DNA of 64,000 nt from an uncultured Spirochaetota bacterium (GCA_963734495.1 CAVTHK010000003.1:320001-384000), one strand, 5' to 3'; counted from the stretch's first letter, positions 1 to 11,705 are shown. A program made the numbers and translations. Notes: generated by a model from the letters alone, not told the origin.

Positions 1-619
1 GTGAGCCGCGTGACGCTGGCGGGCTTCCGCCGCGGGCTCACGGTCTTCGAGGAGAAAGACGACCTGCTGCCGTTTGAAGAGGCGAAGCTCTTCGGCCACA
101 ATGCCATCCACTGCCTGCTCGGGTTCCTCGCCCGGCGGCGCGGGTACTCCCTGATGAGCCAGGCGGCCGGCGACGGCGAGCTGATGGGGTTCGCGAGGGA
201 AGCCTTCATTCTAGAATCCGGGGCCGGGCTTCTCGCGAAGCACCGCGGGGTAGGGCGACCCGCTCTTCGCGGAGGCGGGCTTCGAGGCGTACGCCGACGA
301 CCTGCTCGCCCGCATGGGCAACCCGTGGCTGCGCGACACGGTCGAGCGCGTCTGCCGCGACCCGGAGCGGAAGCTGGGCTACGGGGACCGGCTGTTCGGC
401 GCGATGCGCCTCGCGCTCGCTGCCGGCGTCCGGCCCGTGAGGATCGCGGCCGCGGCGAGGGCGGCGATCGAGCACCTCGCGCCCGGGCCGCTCGACGCGG
501 CGGCGATCCGTGGTATCCTCGAGTCGATCTGGAGCCGCGGGCCGGCGGAGGCCGACGGCCTCGCGGAGGAGTGCGTCCGCCTCGTGGCCGAGGCGCGGCC
601 GATGGGGCGCGGGAGGTGA
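1..619 (+). CDS. Mannitol-1-phosphate/altronate dehydrogenase-family protein, C-terminal part (5' truncated, frameshift near 250-300)
   Basis: EEAKLFGHNAIH (KL..N..H motif) in one frame and NPWLRDTVERVCRDPERKLGYGDRL (MtlD-like C-terminus) in ORF 314..619. Confidence 0.7.
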
Positions 620-623
620 GGCG

Positions 624-932
624 ATGATCGTGCGTGCGGTGCGGGTGTACGTAAAGCCGGAAGCGGTCGAGGCCTTCGAGCGCGCGACGGTCGAGAACCG
701 CGCGGGGTCGATCAGGGAGCCGGGCGTGCTGCGCTTCGACGTGCTGAAGAGCGCGGAGCGGCCGGCCGAGTACCTCCTCTACGAGGTGTACGCCGACGAC
801 CAGGCCACCGCGGACCACAAGGAGACCGCTCACTACAAGAAGTGGAACGAGACCGTGGCTCCCATGATGGAACGCAAGCGGGAGGGCGCCGCCTATGCTC
901 CGGTGGCGCCGCTCGACCGCAAGTCCTGGTAG
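624..932 (+). CDS. ABM-superfamily protein, LsrG-like
   Basis: ATG 624 after [35 protein letters not shown] motif. Confidence 0.8.
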   Translation: MIVRAVRVYVKPEAVEAFERATVENRAGSIREPGVLRFDVLKSAERPAEYLLYEVYADDQATADHKETAHYKKWNETVAPMMERKREGAAYAPVAPLDRKSW

Positions 933-942
933 AGGCCCGGGA

Positions 943-1895
943 GTGGCTCGCTACCTGGTCACCGGCGGCGCGGGCTTTATCGGGAGCCACGTCGCCGCCG
1001 CGCTCGCGAAGCAGCACGAGGTGATCGTGCTGGACAACTTTTCCTCGGGCAGCCGCGCGAACCTCGCGGGAGTCGCCGTCGCGCGTGGTCGAAGGCGACG
1101 TGCGCGAAGCGCGGTCCCTCGCAAAGGCCTGCGAGGGCGTCGAGGCGGTCTTCCACCTCGCGGCGCGGATCAGCGTGGCCGGCTCGATGGAGACGCCCGC
1201 CGACACCGTCGGAGTCAACACGGTCGGGCACTCTGGCGCTGATCGAGGCCGCGCGCCGCGCCGGGGCAAAGGCGATCGTGCTCTCCTCGTCGGCCGCGAT
1301 CTACGGCGACGACCCGAGGCTGCCCAAGCGCGAGCGCATGGTCCCCGATCCGCGCAGCCCGTACGCGGTGTCGAAGCTCGATGGAGAGTATTACCTGCGC
1401 ATCTTCGCGGCGCCTCACGGGATGCGCGCCGTGGCCCTGCGCTACTTCAACGTCTTCGGCCCGCGGCAGGATCCCAGATCGCAGTACGCGGCCGCCATTC
1501 CGGCGTTCATCAGCCGGGCCATCGCGGGCGAGCCGATCACCATCTTCGGCGACGGGAAGCAGACGCGCGACTTTGTCTTCGTCGAGGACGTCGCGCGGGC
1601 CAACCTCCTGGCCGCAGGCGTGCTCTCCGCCGCGGGCCGCGGCGCTCCGCCTTTTGCCGTCTACAACGTCGGCGGCGGCCGCTCGATCTCCATCCTCGAA
1701 CTGGCGCGCGTGATCATCCGCGCCACCGGCTCCTCCTCGCGGATCGTGCACGCGGACCCGCGGCCCGGCGACGTGCGCGCCTCGCGCGCCGACGTGTCGC
1801 TCATCCGCCGCGACCTCGGCTTCCGCGCCGAAGTCGCGCTGCCCGAAGGCCTTCGCCGCACCATCGAAGCTTTCCGGGCCCCCGTCCGCGCATGA
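943..1895 (+). CDS. NAD-dependent epimerase/dehydratase (UDP-sugar 4-epimerase-like), frameshifted
   Basis: [32 protein letters not shown] (YxxxK) and [11 protein letters not shown] spread over three frames. Confidence 0.85.
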
Positions 1896-3046
1896 GCGGC
1901 GGCGGCGGCGGCGGCGTAGCGACGGGCGCGATGCGCGCGCCCGGCCGCGTCAACCTGATCGGCGAGCATGTCGACTACAACGGCTTCGCGGTGCTGCCGA
2001 TGGCGATCGATCGCGCGGTCTCGGCGGCGTGGCGGCCGCGGAGCGACGGCCGCGTCGTGCTGCGGAGCGCCGGGGAGTACCCCGCGCGCGAGTTCGCGCT
2101 CGAGCCGCGCATCCCTCCGGGTCCGCCTGGAGATTGGGGAAACTACGTGAAGGCTGCCGCGCAGGGGCTCATCGACGCCGGCTTTGCGCTGCGAGGTGCG
2201 GAGATGCTGATCTCCTCCACGCTGCCGCCGTCGGCGGGGCTCTCCTCGTCGTCCGCCCTCGTGGTGCTCGCCGCGCTCGTGCTCCTCGAGGCGGCGGGCC
2301 TCGCGATGCCGAAGCCCGCGCTGGCGGCGCTGCTCGCGGAAGCCGAGAAGTACGTCGGCACGCGGGGCGGGGGCATGGACCAGGCGGCGAGCCTCCTCGG
2401 CCGCGCGGGTCACGCGCTGCGCATCGACTTCCGCCCGCTGCGCGTCGCGCCGCTGCCGTTCTTTGCCGACTGCGTCGTCGTCGTGTCCAACAGCCTGGTG
2501 CGCGCCTCCAAGGCCGAGGCCGCGGGCTACAACTCGCGCGCGGCCGAGTGCCGGCAGGCCGCGGCTGCCGCGGCGCGGGCCCTCGGGCGCCCCGCGGACC
2601 CGCCGCCGCTGCTCGCGGACCTGCTCGCTCACGCGACGCGCGAGGAGATCCTCGCCGCCGTGCCGCCCGGGCTGCTGCGCCGGGCCCGCCACGTGCTCAC
2701 CGAGTCGGCGCGCGTGGACGCCGCGTGCGCCGCGCTCGCCGCGGGCGATGCGGCCGCTTTCGGCAGGCTCATGGACGAGTCGCACGCGAGCTGCCGGGAC
2801 GACTTCGACTTCAGCTGCCCCGCCCTCGAGCGGCTGGTCGCGCTCGGGCGCCGGGCCGGCGCGCTCGGCTCCCGCCTCACCGGCGCGGGCTTCGGCGGCT
2901 GCGCGGTGCACCTGGTGTCGCGGGAGCGCGCGCCGGCGCTGCTGGCCGCGCTCGCCGAAGGCTTCTACCGCGGCTTCGAGCCGGGCGCCCTCGGCGACGC
3001 GCTGTTCGTGGCCGAGCCCGCCGCAGGCGCGGGGCCGGCGGCCTGA
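1892..3046 (+). CDS. galK: Galactokinase (GHMP kinase)
   Basis: APGRVNLIGEHVDYNG, PPSAGLSSSSA, GGMDQ and GSRLTGAGFGGC; ATGA overlap with upstream gene. Confidence 0.88.
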   Translation: MSGGGGGGVATGAMRAPGRVNLIGEHVDYNGFAVLPMAIDRAVSAAWRPRSDGRVVLRSAGEYPAREFALEPRIPPGPPGDWGNYVKAAAQGLIDAGFALRGAEMLISSTLPPSAGLSSSSALVVLAALVLLEAAGLAMPKPALAALLAEAEKYVGTRGGGMDQAASLLGRAGHALRIDFRPLRVAPLPFFADCVVVVSNSLVRASKAEAAGYNSRAAECRQAAAAAARALGRPADPPPLLADLLAHATREEILAAVPPGLLRRARHVLTESARVDAACAALAAGDAAAFGRLMDESHASCRDDFDFSCPALERLVALGRRAGALGSRLTGAGFGGCAVHLVSRERAPALLAALAEGFYRGFEPGALGDALFVAEPAAGAGPAA

Positions 3047-3070
3047 GCCGCACGCCGCGGCCCGGCTCCT

Positions 3071-4246
3071 TCAGCGGCCCCAGCGGTCCGGCAGCTCGTG
3101 CAACGGAACCGCGTGCCCGTCGCGGGCGAGCGGGAAGGAGTGCGGCGCCCGGCAGATGACGGAGAGGCGGTCCACGCTTCCCCGCGGCAGCTCCGCGGCG
3201 ACCCGTCGCAGGGCGGCGAGATCGTCGCCCGACGGCAGCTCGGTCCACTTCGCGTCGGCCAGCTCGAACCGGCCCGCGCGGTGCCACAGGAAGTCAGCCT
3301 CGCGCGAGCGGTCGCGCCAGAAGTGCAGGTCCCATCCCCCGGTGGCGTTCGCCTGCAGCCGCCGGATCTCGCCGAAGGCGAGCGTCTCCCACAGCGGCCC
3401 CGCGAGCGGTGACGCGGCGAGATCCCGCGTCTCGCGGATGCCCACGAGGAACGAGCAGAGACCCGAGTCGCGCATGTACAGCTTCGGGGTCTTCACGAGC
3501 GATTTCGTGCGGTTGCTGAACCACGGCTCGAGCAGCACCGCCTGTGCGGAGGCTTCGAGCACGCCGAGCCACGCGCCCGCGGTCGATCCCGCGATCCCCA
3601 CGTCACGGGCGAGGTCGGTGCGGTTCAGCAGCTGCGCTGAGCGCAGCGCGCAGGCACGCACGAACCGCTCGAAATCCCGAAGGCTGCCCACCTGGAGCAG
3701 CTGCCGCAGGTCGCGCTCGAGGTAGGTGGCGACGTAGGAACGGAAGAACGCGGCGGCTTCGAGCTGCGGCTTTTCGTGCAGCTCGGGAAAGCCTCCCCTG
3801 GCGAGGAACTCCTCCACGGTCGTGTCGGGACGAGCGGCCTTGACTTCGCGCCACGACAGCGTCTCCAGCTCGACGATGTCCGCGCGGCCGGCGAGCGAGT
3901 CCGAGACGGCCTTCATGAGGGGGAGGCGTTGCGAGCCGGTCAGGATGAACTGCCCCGCGCGTCCCCGGTCGCGATCGACGACAGCCTTGAGGTGCCGAAA
4001 CAGGCCGGGGGCGTACTGGATCTCGTCGACGACGAGCGGCGGCTTGTGGCGCGCGAGGAACGCCGCGGGGTCGTGCTCCGCCTGCTCCGCCTCGCTCGGC
4101 AGGTCGAGCGTGACCAGCTCGTGGTTGGGAAACAGCCGGCGGACCAGGGATGTTTTCCCCGTCTGGCGCGCCCCGGTGAGCACCACGACCGGGCGCTCGG
4201 ACGCCCTGCGAGCCAGCAGCCGCTCGACGACCCTCGGAATCCACAT
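3071..4246 (-). CDS. AAA_14 + DUF4143 ATP-binding protein
   Basis: GARQTGKT Walker A, VVDEIQ Walker B, LTGS, GGFPE, TYLERD, KTPKLY and C-terminal EADF..DAK (PD-(D/E)xK-like). Confidence 0.88.
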   Translation of the reverse strand: MWIPRVVERLLARRASERPVVVLTGARQTGKTSLVRRLFPNHELVTLDLPSEAEQAEHDPAAFLARHKPPLVVDEIQYAPGLFRHLKAVVDRDRGRAGQFILTGSQRLPLMKAVSDSLAGRADIVELETLSWREVKAARPDTTVEEFLARGGFPELHEKPQLEAAAFFRSYVATYLERDLRQLLQVGSLRDFERFVRACALRSAQLLNRTDLARDVGIAGSTAGAWLGVLEASAQAVLLEPWFSNRTKSLVKTPKLYMRDSGLCSFLVGIRETRDLAASPLAGPLWETLAFGEIRRLQANATGGWDLHFWRDRSREADFLWHRAGRFELADAKWTELPSGDDLAALRRVAAELPRGSVDRLSVICRAPHSFPLARDGHAVPLHELPDRWGR

Positions 4247-4248
4247 CC

Positions 4249-4282
4249 TGCAAATTGTACGATCGAATCGAGCAATTTGCAA
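4249..4282 (-). promoter_or_regulatory. Sigma70 promoter TTGCAA-N17-TACAAT overlapped by inverted repeat TGCAAATTG..CAATTTGCA; leaderless start
   Basis: -35 at 4277-4282, -10 at 4254-4259, ATG 7 nt downstream; perfect 9-bp arms at 4249-4257 and 4273-4281. Confidence 0.7.
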
Positions 4283-4516
4283 GACAGGCGATTGGGCCGG
4301 ACGACGGACGGCGGCAAGATCCAGGTGACCGCGGAGCTGCCCCGGTTCAGGCACAAGGACCTCGGCCACCCGCGGGCCGAGTCGACCCGCGATATGCGGG
4401 CCTCGTCCTGCGCCGACTCGATCATCGAGCACCGACCTGCCTGCGGCCACACGACGAGCGGCGCCGCCGCGCGCCCGGTCTACCTCGGTCTCCCGCCGGC
4501 GTCTCCCGCCGGCGTA

Positions 4517-4545
4517 TTGACGCCCCGTGCTCCTTCTCCTACATT
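4517..4545 (+). promoter_or_regulatory. Sigma70 promoter of ileS (TTGACG-N17-TACATT)
   Basis: Near-consensus hexamers with 17-nt spacer about 110 nt upstream of the start. Confidence 0.6.
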
Positions 4546-4653
4546 ATTGTCGCCCAATTCCCGACACGACGAGCCGCCGCCTCCCCGGGACCGCGACGGG
4601 CAGCCGCCGGCGGCCGGACGGAGACGCGGCCGATGCGGGATGGGGAGGACGCT

Positions 4654-7600
4654 GTGTACAAGCCGGTCGATTCGCGCGTGAGCTTTCCGCAGATGGAGGA
4701 GCGGATCCTCGCGTTCTGGCGCGAAAACAACACCTTCAAGCGCTCGATCGAGAACCGGAGGGACGCGCAGGAGTTCATGTTCTACGACGGCCCGCCGTTC
4801 GCCACGGGCCTGCCGCACTTCGGCCACTTCTCGCCCGGCACCATCAAGGACATCTTTCCGCGCTACCAGACGATGAAGGGAAAGCGCGTCGAGCGGCGCT
4901 TCGGCTGGGACTGCCACGGGCTGCCCGTCGAGTACGAGATGGAGAAGCAGCTCGGCATCTCGGGCAAGACGCAGATCGAAGCATTCGGCGTCGCGAAGTT
5001 CAACGAGGCCTGCCGCAGCATCGTGCTGCGCTACACCGCCGAGTGGCGCAAGACCGTGGAGCGCATGGGCCGCTGGGTCGACTTCGGTCACGAGTACCGC
5101 ACGATGGACCCCGACTTCATGGAGACCGTCTGGTGGGTCTTCAAGGAGCTCTGGGACCGGGGCCTGATCTACCAGGGCTACTACATCCTGCCCTACGATC
5201 CGGTGCTCACGACGCCGCTCTCCAACTTCGAGGTGAACCTCGGCGGCTACCAGGAGGTCGACGACCCCGCGATCACGGTGCGCTTCCGCGTCACCGACTC
5301 GAAAGGCCGCTTCCCGCTCGCGGACGGCCCCACGTACATCCTCGCGTGGACGACCACGCCCTGGACTCTGCCCTCCAACCTCGGGCTCGCCCTCGGGCCC
5401 GACATCGAGTACGCGCGCGTCAAGGACGGCTCCGACTACTACATCCTCGCGCCCGAGCGCATCCGTCACTACTACAAGAATGAAGGCGACGTGCAGGTCG
5501 TCCAGCGCTTCAAGGGCAGCGACCTGAAAGGCATCGGGTACGAGCCGCTCTTTCCGTACTTCAAGGAGCTCGCGTCCAAGGGAGCGTTCCGCACTCACAA
5601 TGCCGCCTACGTCACCACCGAGGACGGCAGCGGCGTGGTGCACATAGCCCCCGGCTTCGGCGAGGAGGACTACGAGGTGCTCAAGGGAAGCGGCCTGCCC
5701 GTGGTCTGCCCGATCGACGCGGAGTGCCGCTTTACCGACGAGGTGCCCGAGTACAAGGGCGTGTTCGTCAAGGACGCCGACGCCGAGATCATCAAGCGCC
5801 TCCGCGCCGAAGGCAAGCTCGTGCGCCGCGAGACGTACCGGCACCAGTACCCCTTCTCCTACCGCTCGGACAGCCCCCTGATCTACCGCGCGGTCTCCTC
5901 GTGGTTCGTCAGCATCGAGAAGATCAAGGAGCGGTTGCTGCGCACGAACTCCGAGATCAAATGGGTGCCGGCGCACCTCAAGGAGGGGCGCTTCGGCAAG
6001 TGGCTCGAAGGCGCCCGCGACTGGGCCATCAGCCGCAACCGCTACTGGGGCAACCCGATCCCGATCTGGCAGAGCGACAAGGGCGACTACAGGGAGTGCA
6101 TCGGCAGCGTCGAGGAGCTGGAGAAGAAGAGCGGCGTGCGGGTCAAGGACCTGCACAAACACTTCGTCGACGACATCACGTGGCCGGCGCCGGACGGCGG
6201 CACGATGCGCCGCATCCCTGAGGTGCTCGATTGCTGGTTCGAGAGCGGCGCGATGCCTTACGCGCAGAGCCACTACCCGTTCGAGAACAAGGATCACTTC
6301 GACTCGATCTTCCCCGCGGACTTCATCTGCGAGAGCCTCGACCAGACCCGCGGGTGGTTCTACACCCTCCACGTGCTCGCGGCCGCGCTCTTCGAAAAGC
6401 CGGCGTTCCTCAACTGCGTCGTGGGCGGCATGGTGCTCGACGCCCAGGGCAAGAAGATGAGCAAGAGCAAGCGCAACTTCACGGACCCCGCCGAAGTCAT
6501 CGACCAGTACGGGGCGGACGCCCTGCGGCTCGCCCTTATGGATTCCGCCGTCGTGCGCGCCGAGGACTTCAAGTACTCTGACGACGCCGTGCGCGAGGTC
6601 CTGAAGAACGTGCTGATCCCGCTGTGGAATTCGTACTCGTTCTTCGTCACCTACGCCAACATCGACGGGGCGCAGCCGACCGGAGCGCCCGAGAATCCGG
6701 CGAACCCGCTCGACCGCTGGATCCTGTCGGAGATGGACCGCCTCGTCGGCGAGGTCGCGACGGCGCTGGACGCCTACGAGCTGCAGAAAGCGATCGACCC
6801 GATCGTCGCCTTTGTCGACCTGCTCAACAACTGGTACATCCGGCGCTCGCGCCGCCGCTTCTGGAAGAGCGAGAACGACGCCGACAAGGCCGAGGCCTAC
6901 GGCACGCTCTACGCCGTGCTCAAGCGCCTGGCGCAGCTCGCCGCGCCGGTGATTCCGTTCATCACCGAGGAGATCTACAGGAACCTGAGGCTTCCGAGCG
7001 AGCCCGAGAGCATCCACCTGTGCGACTACCCGGTGGCCACCGGCCGCCGGGACCTCGTGCTCGAGCGCCGCATGGCGCTGGCGCGCCGGGCGGTCTCCAT
7101 GGGCCGCGCCCTGCGGGTGATGCACAACGCCAAGGTGCGCCAGCCGCTGCCGGCGCTGCACCTCGTCACCCGCGACCCCGAGGAGCGGGCGATCCTCCGC
7201 GACCTGGAGGACATCGTGCGCGACGAGCTCAACGTCAAGCAGGTGGTCTTCCGCGAGAACGAGGAGGAGCTCGTCGAGTACAAGGCGAAGGCGAACTTCC
7301 CCGTGCTCGGCAAAGCAGCTCGGCAAGGACATGAAGGCCGCGGCCGAGCGCATCGCCGCGCTCTCCGGTCGCGACATCCAGGCGCTGCTCGCGGGATCGA
7401 CGATCAAGCTCGACCTCGCGGGCCGCGCCTTCGACCTCAACTCCGACGGCGTGATAGTCACCCGCGTCGAAAAGGAGGACCTCAAGGTCCTCAACGAAGG
7501 CTCCCTCACGGTGGCCCTCGACGTGCGCATCACCGAAGACCTCAAGCAGGAGGGCGCCGTGCGCGACCTCGTGCGCTCGGTGCAGAGCCTGCGCAAGGAG

Positions 7601-7801
7601 CGGGGCCTCAACGTGACCGACCGCATCCGGCTCTTCCTTCACGGCAGCGCAGTCGCGCGCGAGGCCGTCGAGAGCTACGAGGACTACCTCACCTCCGAGA
7701 CGCTGGCCGTCTCGTGGGAGTGGGCGAAAAAGCCCGGCTCCGTGGCCGCGGCCTGCGGCGACGAGAAGATCGATGTGGACCTGGAGAAGGTCGCGGGGTA
7801 G
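4654..7801 (+). CDS. ileS: Isoleucyl-tRNA synthetase, type 2 (one frameshift near 7313)
   Basis: DGPPFATGLPHFGH, GWDCHGLP, WTTTPWTL, DQTRGWFY and KMSKS; C-terminus continues in ORF 7331..7801; GTG after GGAGG. Confidence 0.95.
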
Positions 7802-8609
7802 GCTCGCCGCGGCGGCGGCTGCTGTCGCGCTCTCTTCGTGCGCGACGGTTCCGGCCGTCCGCGTGCCGCTCGAGCCGGCGCGCTTCGGCCTCTTTCCGGA
7901 GTCCGAGGTCTACTTCGCATTCGTGCTGACCCCGGAGGTACGCTCCGCGGCCGAGAGGCTGCTCCCGGAGGAGGCGCGTCCCGTGCTCAAGCGCGTGGAG
8001 CGCATCTACGGGGCGACGGCGCCGGGCGAGGTGTACGCCGCCGCCGAGGGGCGCTTCTCGCCGCGGTCCGCGCGGACCGGCTTTGCGCTGGCAGGCGGCT
8101 GGAAGCGCGTGGGCCGCGACCGGTGGCGCGCGGCCGACGGCTCGCTCGAGGCGGCCGCGCCGGGCGCCGGCCTGCTGCTCCTCGGCAGCGGCGACCTCGC
8201 CCCGGTCATCGAGCGCCTCGGGGCCGCGCCCCGGTTCGCGATGCCTCCCGAGGCGGCCGCCGCCCTCGCCGGCGCCGACTTCTACGGCTATATTCCCTCG
8301 GTGCCGGCGGCCATGGCGGGCGGCCTCCCGATTCGCAGCGCATGGGCGTCGTTTACGCCGGCGCAGGACGGCCGCTTCCGGGGCGCGCTCACGCTGCTGC
8401 TCGCCGGCGAGGGCGGCAGCCGCCTGACGGCGCTGGCCGCACGCGCCCTGCTCACGCAGCTGCTGCGCGACGCGCAGGTGCCCGACTACGCCGCCCGTCT
8501 CCGCGAGGTGACGGTGCGCGCCGACCCGGGCGTCGTGAGCGTCACGGGGCTCGTTCTGTCCGCCGACGAGATCGCGGCGGTGGTTCAGTCCTTCGGAGGG
8601 CGCGTCTGA
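7773..8609 (+). CDS. Hypothetical lipoprotein
   Basis: Signal peptide ending in lipobox-like ALSSC; tight overlap with both neighbours. Confidence 0.6.
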   Translation: MWTWRRSRGRLAAAAAAVALSSCATVPAVRVPLEPARFGLFPESEVYFAFVLTPEVRSAAERLLPEEARPVLKRVERIYGATAPGEVYAAAEGRFSPRSARTGFALAGGWKRVGRDRWRAADGSLEAAAPGAGLLLLGSGDLAPVIERLGAAPRFAMPPEAAAALAGADFYGYIPSVPAAMAGGLPIRSAWASFTPAQDGRFRGALTLLLAGEGGSRLTALAARALLTQLLRDAQVPDYAARLREVTVRADPGVVSVTGLVLSADEIAAVVQSFGGRV

Positions 8610-9231
8610 TGATCGGTGTCGTCGACTACGGAGCCGGCAATCTCCCGAGCGTGGAGCGCGCCCTGGCCCGCGTCGGCGCCGGGTTCTTCACGACGGCGCG
8701 GCCGGACGAGCTCGCCCGCGCCGACCGGCTGGTCTTTCCCGGCGTCGGGGAAGCGCGGGCGGCCATGGACGTGCTGGAGGCGCGCGGCCTCGACGAGGCG
8801 ATCGTCGCGTTCGCCCGCTCCGGGCGGCCGCTCCTCGGCATCTGCATCGGCGCGCAGGTGGTGCTCGACGCCTCCGAGGAGCGGAGCACGCGCTGCCTCG
8901 GGCTCGTCGCGGGCAGGGCCGTCCGCTTCCGCGCCGCATCCGGTCTCAAGGTGCCCCACATCGGCTGGAACCGGGTGCGGGTCGCGTCGCCGCATCCCGT
9001 CTTCGCCGGCATCCCGGACGGCGCCTTCTTCTATTTCGTGCACTCCTACTACCCCGAGCTGGCCGACGGCGACGGCGTCACGATCGGCGAGACGGACTAC
9101 GGAGTGAAGTTCACGTCGGCGTTCGCAAAGGGCAACATCGTCGCCGTGCAATTCCACCCGGAGAAGTCGGGACGCCACGGCCTGCAGCTTCTGGCCAACT
9201 TCGCGGGCAGGGAGGCCGGGAGCCGTGCTGA
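8609..9231 (+). CDS. hisH: Imidazole glycerol phosphate synthase glutaminase subunit (stop displaced by apparent indel)
   Basis: [34 protein letters not shown] and QFHPEKS. Confidence 0.9.
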
Positions 9232-9992
9232 CCAAGCGGATCATCGTCTGCCTCGACGTCCGCGACGGCAAGACCACCAAGGGCGTCCGCTTCCGGGACA
9301 ACGCCGACATCGGCGACCCGGTCGCGATGGCCGAGGACTACTACAGGCAGGGCGTCGACGAGCTCGTGTTCTACGACATCACCGCGAGCGCCGAGCGGCG
9401 CGGGATCATGATCGACGTCGTGCGGCGCGTGGCGGAGCGGATCTTCATCCCCTTCTCGGTCGGCGGAGGCCTCGGGTCGCTCGAGGACATGCGCGCGGCG
9501 CTGCTCGCCGGCGCGGAAAAGGTGAGCGTGAACTCGCAGGCGGTGAGGAAGCCGGCGATCATCGAGGAGGGCGCGAAGGCCTTCGGCAGCCAGTGCATCG
9601 TCCTCGGGATGGATGTCAAGGCCGACGCCGCGATGCCGAGCGGCTACCGCGTGCTCATAGACGGCGGCCGCGTGGCCACGGACCTCGACGCCCTCGCCTG
9701 GGCGCGCGAGGCCGAGCGCCTCGGCGCGGGCGAGATCGTGCTGAACTCCATCGATGCCGACGGCACGCGCGACGGGTACGAGCTTACGGTCACGCGGCTG
9801 CTTTCGGAGAACGTCGGGATCCCGGTGGTCGCGAGCGGGGGCGCGGGGAAGCCCGAGCACCTGCTCGACGTCTTCGAGCGGGGGAAAGCGGACGCGGCGC
9901 TCGTCGCCTCCATGGTGCACTACGGCGACTACACGGTGGGCGGGATCAAGCAGTTCCTGACGGAGCGGGGCGTGCCGATCCGTCTCGACTAG
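9225..9992 (+). CDS. hisF: Imidazole glycerol phosphate synthase cyclase subunit
   Basis: [30 protein letters not shown] and VVASGGAG. Confidence 0.95.
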   Translation: MLTKRIIVCLDVRDGKTTKGVRFRDNADIGDPVAMAEDYYRQGVDELVFYDITASAERRGIMIDVVRRVAERIFIPFSVGGGLGSLEDMRAALLAGAEKVSVNSQAVRKPAIIEEGAKAFGSQCIVLGMDVKADAAMPSGYRVLIDGGRVATDLDALAWAREAERLGAGEIVLNSIDADGTRDGYELTVTRLLSENVGIPVVASGGAGKPEHLLDVFERGKADAALVASMVHYGDYTVGGIKQFLTERGVPIRLD

Positions 9993-10036
9993 AGATTGCC
10001 GACGGGCACGCCCCGCCTATCCCCGAAGGGGTCAGG

Positions 10037-11705
10037 TCACTTCTTGTGCGTCGCGTCGTACGCCGCCTGGTAGATCTGCAGGTAGCGCTTGAGGTTCATC
10101 TGGTCGAGCGTCTTGAGGTAGTCGGCCCAGCCGCCGTTGATGTCCGCGTCGCCCGTGACGAAGCGCGCGATCATGGAGGTCACGTAGTTGCCGATCGACG
10201 TCTCCATGTCGCTCAGCTCCTCCGCCTGGTCCTTGGTGAAGAACAGCGGCGGGACGATCCCGGACAGCGCCATCTTGTAGGGCTCGTACTTCTCGACGGT
10301 GACGTCGTAGTACATCTTTTCCTTGTCGGGCAGCTTGAGGATGGCCTGGCCCGCGTACCAGTTCTCGTCCGTGCGGTAGTCCAGGCCGAACTGCGCCCAG
10401 TTCATGTTCTTCACCCTGCCGTAGGGAATGAGCAGCCGGTAGTACGCCTTGGCGCCGCCGCGTCCCTTGTCGCCCGGGCTGCGACCACGCCCACGCCTTG
10501 CCCTCGTCGCCGAAGTTGGAGTGCAGGGCCGACTCGAGCGTGTACTGCGCGTCCGCCCACCGCATGGTGGCCCCGGGGTACTTGTTCGCCCTGGTGATGG
10601 CGATCTCGCCCGATGCGGAACTTGCGGTACGGCAGCCACACCGCCTTGCGATAGCCCTTGGGGCCGATCAGCGGCGCGATCGGCTGGTAGTCGATCCACC
10701 GATTGCACGGGACCCTCGACGATGGTGAAGTTCGACGGCGAGTGGGCGGGATATGCGCCCATGATGGCAGTGTCGGGGTTCTCCGCGAGCTTGGTCGCCG
10801 TCTTCCGGTCCATCGTGAACGACTGCGGCGCGATCAGGCCCTGGCAGTAGAGCCGGCGCAGGTACAGCAGGCCCTCCTTCCACTCGGGCTTGTTGTAGAC
10901 CACGTCGATCTTGCCGTTCTCGACGATCATCCGCTTGCCGGTCTCGTTGCCCCCGTCGTCATAGATGAAGGAGTTCATCAGGAACACGTCGGCAAAGGAG
11001 CGGTAGTCGTTGGAGGCGGCCATGGGGATCTCGTCGGCCTTGCCGTTGCCGTTGGGGTCCTTGTCCTTGAACGCCTTGAGCATCGCTTCGAACTCGTCCG
11101 TGGTCGTCGGCTCCTTGAGCCCCAGCTTCTTGAGCCACGGCTGGTACACGTACATCTTCCAGTCGAGCGAGCAGTGGTAGCAGTCGTTGACGTACGGCAG
11201 GCTGTACATGTTGCCGTCCGGCGACGACGAGGGTCTCCTTGACCTCGGGCATCTCCTTGAGGATCGTCTTGACGTTGTCGCCGTACTTCTCGATGAGCGC
11301 GTTGAACGGCCTGAAGATCCCCTGGCTCCCGTAGACGATCTGCTGCGTGGGCGAGATGTCCAGGTTCATCAGGACGTCCGGCAGGTCGCCGCTCGCCAGC
11401 ACGAGGTTCATCTTCTGCTGGTAGTTGGCCGGATCGGCCAGCGACCACTCGAGGTGCACGCCCGTCTTGTCCTCGAGCCACTTGGTATAGGTGTTGGTCG
11501 CGAAGTCCTCGACCAGGGGATGGTTCTGCATCAGCACCTTGAGGGTCACCTTCTCCTTGACCACGGGAAAGGTCCCCACCGGGGTCACGTTGGCCGCGTC
11601 GTCGACCGCTGCCGCGGCCGTCTTCTCGGTCTGGCCGCCGGCGAACACGCCGGCAGCGACGAAGAGCGCGCAGGCTCCCATTGCGATGAGTCTCGAAAAG
11701 CGCAT
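10037..11705 (-). CDS. Carbohydrate ABC transporter solute-binding protein (LplA-like), frameshifted
   Basis: Signal peptide FAGGQTEK, LASGDLPD, FKDKDPNGNGKADEIP and C-terminal YQAAYD; pieces in several frames. Confidence 0.85.

Noticed and set aside
4290-4500. Possible gene remnant between the AAA gene and ileS
   Set aside because: Coding-like codons but no start, RBS or recognisable family
4546-4653. T-box upstream of ileS
   Set aside because: Leader only about 100 nt; no T-box consensus or terminator
7305-7335. Programmed frameshift in ileS
   Set aside because: No slippery heptamer; explained by one extra A, like many other indels in the window
4480-7626. 1048-aa minus-strand ORF and other long antisense ORFs (e.g. 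20609..23179, 24774..27200, 55293..56921)
   Set aside because: Shadow frames of real genes in high-GC DNA; no motifs and low-complexity translations
7838-10597. 919-aa ORF containing hisH
   Set aside because: Only 8609-9230 is protein-like; the rest is off-frame read-through
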